NCBI GenBank assembly: GCA_041611735.1
Contig: JBFIML010000039.1
Span: forward strand, 1 to 43,225
Source: Myxococcota bacterium
Lineage (GTDB): Bacteria; Myxococcota_A; UBA9160; PR03
Reading direction: 5' to 3'
Length of the DNA: 43,225 nucleotides
The notes beneath the pieces are model-generated. The model was not told where the DNA came from. It did no database searches and was given only the letters and a program-made list of their open reading frames with translations. A program made the position numbers and the translations under genes. This document shows positions 36,258-43,225 of the stretch, one piece after another. Every line of letters starts with the position of its first letter. The stretch's first letter is position 1.

Positions 36258-37811
36258 TCAGCGGGTCAGTCCCCCTTTTCCCGGAAGCGCCTGCTTGACC
36301 TCGATCAAGGTTCGGTGCAGCTCGTGAATCGCTGCGTGCGCCTGCAGTTTCGAGGCGACCAGCAGCCGTCGCGCGGTTGGAAGGGACTGCGCCTGGTCAG
36401 CCAGGATCGCCAGCTTTTCCGCCTCTCCCAACAGTCGCACGGCGCCGTCCGCCCGTTGGAAGGCAGCCTGGATCAAGGCGGCGTCCTCACCCGGCAGGTG
36501 GGCTCCCTCGAAGCCGCCACGAATCGATTCGCTGCGCGCGATCACGGCGCGCAACACGCCGGCGCATCGCACTCCGAGCGCGAGGCAGAGGTCGAAGCGG
36601 GCGAGGGCGCGTCGCGCCAGCAGCACCTCGCGGACGCCCACACCCAGGATCTCTCCGAGGCTCGGCGTGCGCCGCCAGATCTGGAAGCCCGAAGCATTTC
36701 GGGTGCCCGCGTAGACGTAGGCGAAGTGGCTCGCCATGGCCGAAACCGCCAGGTTGCCAAACTCGTCGAAGCCCGGCTCGTTCGAGCGACCCCAGCGGAT
36801 CCGGTCGTCCACGAACCAGACGCCGGCATCCACACCGGACGATCCTACCGGAACGTCGCGGGTGCCCACGTACAGCCGGCGTCCCGCTACGGCGAGGACG
36901 TTCACATCGGCCACCGGATTGAACTCGGTGACATCGTCCTCGGTGAACACGGTCACCTCCTCGTAGCCGAGACGGCCGGATCCAGCGGTGGTCCGGAACA
37001 TCGCGCCGAATCCGCCTCCCGTGCCGAAATAGGTGCGCTCGTCGAAGGAGGCCATCGCTCCCAGGAAGCCTTGCTCCGTCCCGAAGCAGTCGTTCGTGAG
37101 TGACGTCCAGCGCGCGTTCCGGTCCTCGAGATCCAGGGATAGGATCGACGCGTCAAGAGCTGCGACCGAGCGGACCCCGCAGATCCGGTCGGAGCGCGTG
37201 GCGCCTCCCAGGCCCAGGAAGAGCCTCTGGCCCACGCCGAGCAGGCGGGCTGACCCGATCGAGGGGTCGGGCGGAATCCGGAAGAAGACCGTGCGGAGCA
37301 GCCCGCCCTCCCCCAATTCGCCGAACAAGCACCGCACCTCGATGATTCCGTGTGCCAGGCAGAGCATGGGCGCTTCCGTGTCGGCCCGCTCGACGCTCCC
37401 GAGGGCCAGAATGTCCGTGGAAGCCTCCCCGGAGCCGATGAGGGCCGTCCATCGCCCCTCTCGATCGAGGCGCCAGAGCTGACCGTTGTCGAGGGCCACG
37501 AAGAGCTGGTCGTCGACGACCTGCATGTCCGTGACGGTGTGGCCCTGGACCTCCGACCACCCGATGGCGTCCGTGACGTCTTCCCAGGCGTCGTCATTGC
37601 GGATCGGTGCCCGGAAGATGCGCGGATCCTCGAGAACGCTCGAGCGGGTCGCTGCGTACACGTAGCTCCCATAGCTCACGAGGACCGACACCGAGGTCAG
37701 GGTCTCGTCGGTTAGACCGTCCCGCGCGACGTTCACCCAGACGTCCTCCGCGCGACTGGTCGTGACGAGCAGGAACGTGAGGCACGAGAAGACCACGAGC
37801 AGTCGCCGCAA
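36258..37811 (-). CDS. Secreted hypothetical protein, probable beta-propeller with C-terminal helical region
   Basis: AGGAGG plus TTG, signal peptide, repeated YVYAAT / LFVAL / LFLGL / TYFGT / LYVGT / VYAGT strands. Confidence 0.65.
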   Translation of the reverse strand: MRRLLVVFSCLTFLLVTTSRAEDVWVNVARDGLTDETLTSVSVLVSYGSYVYAATRSSVLEDPRIFRAPIRNDDAWEDVTDAIGWSEVQGHTVTDMQVVDDQLFVALDNGQLWRLDREGRWTALIGSGEASTDILALGSVERADTEAPMLCLAHGIIEVRCLFGELGEGGLLRTVFFRIPPDPSIGSARLLGVGQRLFLGLGGATRSDRICGVRSVAALDASILSLDLEDRNARWTSLTNDCFGTEQGFLGAMASFDERTYFGTGGGFGAMFRTTAGSGRLGYEEVTVFTEDDVTEFNPVADVNVLAVAGRRLYVGTRDVPVGSSGVDAGVWFVDDRIRWGRSNEPGFDEFGNLAVSAMASHFAYVYAGTRNASGFQIWRRTPSLGEILGVGVREVLLARRALARFDLCLALGVRCAGVLRAVIARSESIRGGFEGAHLPGEDAALIQAAFQRADGAVRLLGEAEKLAILADQAQSLPTARRLLVASKLQAHAAIHELHRTLIEVKQALPGKGGLTR

Positions 37812-38112
37812 TGCCGGACCCTCCTCCTGGACCATCCACGGGCACCCATCTTGCGAGGGGGCCGCCGTGGCGTCACTACCCATATGGGCAGTCCGGAGGC
37901 CCCCACCGTCGATGGGCCGGGACGCATCGGCAACCGCGACGTCTACCTGGCCCGTCGCCCCTGCGGTGAAAATCACTTCCACAGTGTGAACAACTATGTG
38001 TGCTCGCGGGCCCATCCCCGACCCGTCTCGACCGGCAGCTCTCGTGCAACTCGGATCCGAACCGACCGGAGTCGGATCGGAAGGGGCCCGAGGTGCCCGG
38101 AGCCGGCTCGAT

Positions 38113-38128
38113 TGGTATGCAGTTTGCT
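38113..38128 (+). promoter_or_regulatory. Sigma54 promoter upstream of PEP-CTERM gene
   Basis: TGGTAT-GCAGT-TTGCT, GG-N10-GC spacing, about 50 bp before the ATG. Confidence 0.7.
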
Positions 38129-38176
38129 TCGTACACAATCCATACGAGCTCCACGCGGGACAGGAGGAAGCGGACG

Positions 38177-38506
38177 ATGGACGTGACGGGACGCAACCGG
38201 AAGACAGGCTGGGTCGTGAGTGGGGTCCGGGTGGCGTCCCTCTGCGGCGTGGCGCTCCTACTCGTGGCCGGCACCTGCTCGAGCGGAGGCTCGGGCGGCA
38301 GCTCGAGTGCCGGCTTCGCAAGCACGTCGGCCGCCTCCACCAGCGAGGACGCCCGTTTCGCGGTCGGCTCCGATCTCGTGCTGGAGAACTCCGACGCTCC
38401 GGCCGCCCCCGTCCCGGAGCCGACCGCGCTTCTCCTGTTCGGAGCCGGCCTGGCGGGTGTCGGCCTCGCCCTGCGCCGGCGGAAGAGCGCGCGCCCGCCC
38501 CAGTAG
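38177..38506 (+). CDS. Very small Ser/Gly-rich PEP-CTERM protein
   Basis: AGGAGG RBS; hydrophobic N-region; VPEPTALLLFGAGLAGVGLALRRRK. Confidence 0.85.
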   Translation: MDVTGRNRKTGWVVSGVRVASLCGVALLLVAGTCSSGGSGGSSSAGFASTSAASTSEDARFAVGSDLVLENSDAPAAPVPEPTALLLFGAGLAGVGLALRRRKSARPPQ

Positions 38507-38601
38507 GAGCTGTTCGCAGCGTGGGGCTTTCCCCTCCGGAATCGTCGCTTTGCGCATCCGGGGGAGCGCGACGTAGAATGGCCGCTGGAGGACCCCACAC
38601 C

Positions 38602-39207
38602 ATGCGGCGCACGCTTCCCCTCCTGGCTCTCCTCGCCCTGGTCGCCTGCGGTCCCGAGCGCGAGGTCGAGGTGGCCACGCCGGCGGCCAGGACCGAGACC
38701 GGCGAGGCCGCCCCGAAGATCGCGACGACCCCGGCCATGGACCCGTCCTCCCTGGCGGGCTCCTACGCCATGGAAGGCACTACCACCGAGACGCAGAGCA
38801 AACGAACGCGGAAGATCTCGGGCACCGTCATCATCGCCATGGAGGGCTCCAACTACACCTCCACCTTCTCGCTCAAGACCACCTACCCGACCCCTGACGG
38901 GCCCCTGCCCGCCGACGTGATCGGAAAGGGCTCCGGCGTGATCGAGGGCAATGCCCTGCGCGGCACGGCCCACACCCAGCTGGTGATGGCCACGGTTCCG
39001 GGGGTGGACACGGGGTTCGCCTTCGTGCCGCGCTTCGTGGGGCCGCGCATCCTCTCCAAGAGCGTCGGCACGCTCCAGGACGACAGCACCCTGGTGATCG
39101 AGGTGGAGAACGAGGCCGAGCCGGGCGAGACGTATCCGCCGACGCGCACCACCCTGCGGGGCAAGAAGCTTCCGGACACCCGGAAATTCCCCACATCGAG
39201 GAAATAA
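38602..39207 (+). CDS. Hypothetical lipoprotein
   Basis: GGAGG RBS; MRRTLPLLALLALVAC lipobox; beta-strand-rich mature part. Confidence 0.8.
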   Translation: MRRTLPLLALLALVACGPEREVEVATPAARTETGEAAPKIATTPAMDPSSLAGSYAMEGTTTETQSKRTRKISGTVIIAMEGSNYTSTFSLKTTYPTPDGPLPADVIGKGSGVIEGNALRGTAHTQLVMATVPGVDTGFAFVPRFVGPRILSKSVGTLQDDSTLVIEVENEAEPGETYPPTRTTLRGKKLPDTRKFPTSRK

Positions 39208-39307
39208 CGCGTCGTCGTTACGGATGGATTCTCGACCCTCCCCCGAGGGGGAAGACCCGTCTCCGACTGCTTCGCCCTAGTCACCGTCTGCGCGGTGGAG
39301 CTACCCT

Positions 39308-39550
39308 GTGATCGTGAATCGCATCCGCGCAGCGCGTCAGGCCCTGGGCTGGACGCAGAACGAGCTCGCCGAGCGAGCCGAGGTGTCTCCCCGCACCATC
39401 TACGCGGTGGAGAAGGGCGGTACCTGTCGTCAGGCCACCAAGCGACGCATCCTCGCTGCCCTCGGCGTTCCCTGGGACCTGCGCGAGGAGTATTTTCCGG
39501 CGCCGCTCGCAGTGCGCCGCGCGCGCGCGGCGGCCGCCCGGAGCGCCTGA
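39308..39550 (+). CDS. XRE family HTH regulator
   Basis: NRIRAARQALGWTQNELAERAEVSPRTIYAVEKG. Confidence 0.9.
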   Translation: MIVNRIRAARQALGWTQNELAERAEVSPRTIYAVEKGGTCRQATKRRILAALGVPWDLREEYFPAPLAVRRARAAAARSA

Positions 39551-39565
39551 GCGCGCGCGGCCCCG

Positions 39566-40867
39566 CTACTCGGCCACGCCCTCCGACTCGGTCAGGGACT
39601 CGGTGAGCTCGCGGGCGCGCGCGTGGGCCTCGCGCCAGGTGCGGGCCATGAACTCCGTCACGATCTGGTCCGCGCGGTCGCGTTCGCCGGCACGTCGGGC
39701 GGCGCGTGCCCGCGCCTCCACCGTCGTGCGCTCGGCCTCGACCCGCGTCTCGAGCTCCTTCCATGCCTCGCGCAGGCGCGGCGTGTGGCGCGGGAAGTCC
39801 CGGGAACCGGCATCCTGGAGCGCCTTCCAGGTCCACCAAGCGGAGCGCGCATCGGGCGCTTCGCCGCCGCGCGCGAGCTCCGCCGGGATCACGCCGTCCA
39901 GATAGACCGGCAGGAAGATGCCCGTGCAGGGCGTCCCGAACGAGATCCAGACCGGCCAGGGCCCGTCCGGATCGCGCGGGAGCGGCGCCACCAGGCTCGC
40001 CGTGGTGGTGCCCACCGGTTCGCCGTGCATGCAGAGGGTGAAGTAGCGCTCCTCCTCGGGTGTGGCGCCCGGCAGGTGCACCGGGCCTCCCTCCCCGTGG
40101 TCGCGCAGCATGCCTTGCAGCGAGGCCACGTCCACCTGGCGCCGGCGCTCCGCCAGGAGCGCTCGCGCCCGGGCCAGACGACCCTCGGAGATGCGGCCCG
40201 GGACGTGGGGATTGCGGTAGGAGGCGGCCACGTCGATGCGCCCGGTTCCGTTCCACCAGCCCTGCGCGCGGGCGAAGCTCTCCAGGTCCTTGGAGCCGAT
40301 CTCCCAGTCGCTGCGCAGCGAGATGTGGTTGGAGATGGCGTCCAGGCGCACCCGGCGCGCCGCCCAGCGTCGGTTGGACGTCTGGAGCACCCAGGCCTCG
40401 TTCGGGTCGGCGAGCAGGAACCCGTTGTGGTAGCCGCCGCCGCCCGGGGCGAAGGCCGGCCCCCCCTGGCCGTGGGTCTCGAGCAACCCCGCCATCACCT
40501 CCAGGGCCTCGCGCGCCGTGCGCCCGCGCTCCAGTCCCAGGCGGACGAGGTCCATCCCCACGAGGCCCGGCTTCTCTTCGACCGGCTCGTTGGAGAAGAC
40601 GGTCTCGTTGCCGATGGCGACGCCGTGCTCATTGACCCCGTGCTCGAAGCCCCACACCCACCAGGGCGAGTGTCCCATCACCGCGTAGGTCTCGGGCACC
40701 TGCGGGATCTCCATGTGGGTGCAGCGCAGGGCGGATCCCGGCGAGTGGGCCGAAGTCGGAAGCTGCACGAAGGGCTGGCACTCGTGCTCCGGCCGGTCGC
40801 TGTTCTTGGCGAAGAGAGTGATCCCGTCGGCGGTCTCGGGCCCCACGGCGACGAGGCAGTCGCACAT
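39566..40867 (-). CDS. Peptidase C69 (dipeptidase/secernin-like)
   Basis: N-terminal MCD nucleophile, FAKNSDR, WGFEHGVNEHGVAIGNE, GMDLVRLGLER. Confidence 0.92.
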   Translation of the reverse strand: MCDCLVAVGPETADGITLFAKNSDRPEHECQPFVQLPTSAHSPGSALRCTHMEIPQVPETYAVMGHSPWWVWGFEHGVNEHGVAIGNETVFSNEPVEEKPGLVGMDLVRLGLERGRTAREALEVMAGLLETHGQGGPAFAPGGGGYHNGFLLADPNEAWVLQTSNRRWAARRVRLDAISNHISLRSDWEIGSKDLESFARAQGWWNGTGRIDVAASYRNPHVPGRISEGRLARARALLAERRRQVDVASLQGMLRDHGEGGPVHLPGATPEEERYFTLCMHGEPVGTTTASLVAPLPRDPDGPWPVWISFGTPCTGIFLPVYLDGVIPAELARGGEAPDARSAWWTWKALQDAGSRDFPRHTPRLREAWKELETRVEAERTTVEARARAARRAGERDRADQIVTEFMARTWREAHARARELTESLTESEGVAE

Positions 40868-40924
40868 GGGTGAGAGGCTATCAGATGGCGGGCTTTGCTA
40901 CCCGTTGGAGAGGAAGGAGGAACC

Positions 40925-41824
<900 letters not shown>

Positions 41825-41831
41825 TCCGCTC

Positions 41832-43031
41832 GTGAGGGGGATCGATCGTCGGGAGCTCCTCCGCGGCCTCGCCGCGGGCCTCTCCCTGGGCCTGCTCCCG
41901 TTCGGAGCGGCGGGCGGCGGCGAAGCGCCCCGCGTGCGGCGCCGGGTGCGCCTCGGGCGGACGGGGCTCACGGTGTCCGACATCGGCTTCGGGAGCAGCC
42001 GCCTCGGCCATGACGCGGAGCTCGTGCGCCACGCGCTCGACCGGGGCATCAACTACTTCGACACCGCCGAGAGCTACAGCGGGGGTCGCTCCGAGACGAC
42101 CCTCGGCCAGGTCCTGCGCGGCCGGCGCCAGCAGGTCGTGCTGGTGAGCAAGACCCAGGCGGACTCGGATGCGCGGCGCCATGTGCTCATGGGCCGGCTC
42201 GAGGCGAGCCTGCGCCGTCTGCGCACCGACTACCTGGACGTCTACTTCAACCATGCCGTGAACGACCCGGCGCGCATGGCCAACCCGGAGTGGGCGGAGT
42301 TCACCGAGCGAGCAAAGGCGCAGGGCAAGATCCGCTGGCGCGGCATGTCCGGCCACGGAGGGCGGCTCGTGGAGAGCCTCGACCACGCCATCGATCACGA
42401 TCTCGTGGACGTCGTCCTGGTGGCCTTCAACTTCGGGCAGGACCCGGCCTTCCACGAGCGCTTCACGCGCAGCTTCGACTTCGTGGCTCGCCAGCCGGAG
42501 CTGCCGCGGGTGCTGGCGAAGGCTCGCCAGCGGGACGTGGGTGTCGTGGCCATGAAGACGCTGCGCGGAGCCCGCCTGAACGACCTGCGCCCCTACGAGA
42601 CGGGCGGCGCCACTTTCTCCCAGGCCGCCCTGCGCTGGGTGCTCTCGCACCCGAACGTGGACTCCCTGGTGGTCACCATGCGGAGCCCGGCCCGGATCGA
42701 CGAGTACCTGGGGGCCTCGGGGTGGACGCGTCCCCAGCGCACTGATCTCTCCCTGCTCGAGTCCTACGAGCGCCGCAATGGCGCCGCCCAGTGCCGCTAC
42801 GGCTGCAACGCCTGCGCCGACTCCTGCCCGCACGGTGTCGCCATCCCGGACGTGCTGCGCACGCGCATGTACGCCCGCGACTACGGCGACGCCGGGCTGG
42901 CCCGGCAGGAGTACCGGGGGCTCGGCGTCGGCGCCTCCGCGTGCCTCACCTGCGCCGAGCGAAGCTGTGCCTGCCCCTTCGGTCTCCCGATCGCCGAGCT
43001 CACGACGGACACCCATCGGCTTCTCGGCTGA
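41832..43031 (+). CDS. Aldo/keto reductase with Tat-like signal and C-terminal Fe-S domain
   Basis: IDRRELL, GINYFDTAESY, SKT, SLRRLRTDYLD; CRYGCNACADSCP and CLTC...CP. Confidence 0.9.
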   Translation: MRGIDRRELLRGLAAGLSLGLLPFGAAGGGEAPRVRRRVRLGRTGLTVSDIGFGSSRLGHDAELVRHALDRGINYFDTAESYSGGRSETTLGQVLRGRRQQVVLVSKTQADSDARRHVLMGRLEASLRRLRTDYLDVYFNHAVNDPARMANPEWAEFTERAKAQGKIRWRGMSGHGGRLVESLDHAIDHDLVDVVLVAFNFGQDPAFHERFTRSFDFVARQPELPRVLAKARQRDVGVVAMKTLRGARLNDLRPYETGGATFSQAALRWVLSHPNVDSLVVTMRSPARIDEYLGASGWTRPQRTDLSLLESYERRNGAAQCRYGCNACADSCPHGVAIPDVLRTRMYARDYGDAGLARQEYRGLGVGASACLTCAERSCACPFGLPIAELTTDTHRLLG

Positions 43032-43055
43032 GACCGGTTACACTCCGCGTTCCGC

Positions 43056-43132
43056 GCGCCGGTAGCTCAGCTGGATAGAGCACCAGGCTTCGAACCTGGG
43101 GGTCGGGGGTTCGAGTCCCTCCCGGCGCGCCA
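43056..43132 (+). tRNA. tRNA-Arg(TCG)
   Basis: GCGCCGG acceptor, A20, CCAGG-CT-TCG-AA-CCTGG, GGTTCGAGTCC, CCA. Confidence 0.95.
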
Positions 43133-43203
43133 CGGCGTTTCGTAGGCTTCTCGGTCGCTTGCGGTCGAGGCGCTGCGACCTCCCGCCCCTCTTGGCCGCC
43201 TCC

Positions 43204-43224
43204 GTGCAGCCAAAGTGCAGCCAA
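43204..43224 (+). repeat. GTGCAGCCAA direct repeat (11-bp period); candidate arm-type sites
   Basis: Copies at 43204-43213 and 43215-43224, 72-92 bp beyond the tRNA 3' end. Confidence 0.6.
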
Positions 43225-43225
43225 T

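Overview
Very GC-rich bacterial chromosome segment. DUF4215-type Cys repeats, PEP-CTERM proteins and sigma54 promoters suggest a Myxococcota/deltaproteobacterial host, but this is inference only. Seven tRNA genes (His-GTG, Arg-TCT, Ser-TGA, Ser-GCT, Ser-GGA, Arg-GCG, Arg-TCG) make it an integration hot spot. (i) 1-2761: right end of an integrative element with a family-A DNA polymerase, wHTH, excisionase-like HTH, RHH protein, an unannotated 45-aa copy of the integrase arm-binding domain, and a tyrosine integrase that reads through the att site into tRNA-His. (ii) 2893-5386: integrase-less 2.5-kb islet between 41-bp direct repeats of tRNA-Arg(TCT). (iii) 27251-29200: decayed integrative element at tRNA-Arg(GCG), followed by a glycosylation-type cluster (sulfatase-like, AglB/STT3-like transferase lacking WWD, epimerase, GMC oxidoreductase, GT2). 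(iv) Probable start of a further element after tRNA-Arg(TCG) at the right edge. In between lie ordinary genes (lnt, CbpA/CbpM-like pair, TetR, nitroreductase, MBL hydrolase, acetoacetyl-CoA synthetase, CNNM/CorC protein, patatin, P450, D-aminoacylase, C69 peptidase, YpfJ-type peptidase, aldo/keto reductase). Unusual secreted proteins include a beta-propeller/diheme cytochrome with a CX6CH motif and a DUF4215 protein with a phospholipase A2-like domain. A 60-bp REP-like tandem repeat forms the tRNA-Ser leader. All calls come from motif reading by eye; no searches were run.
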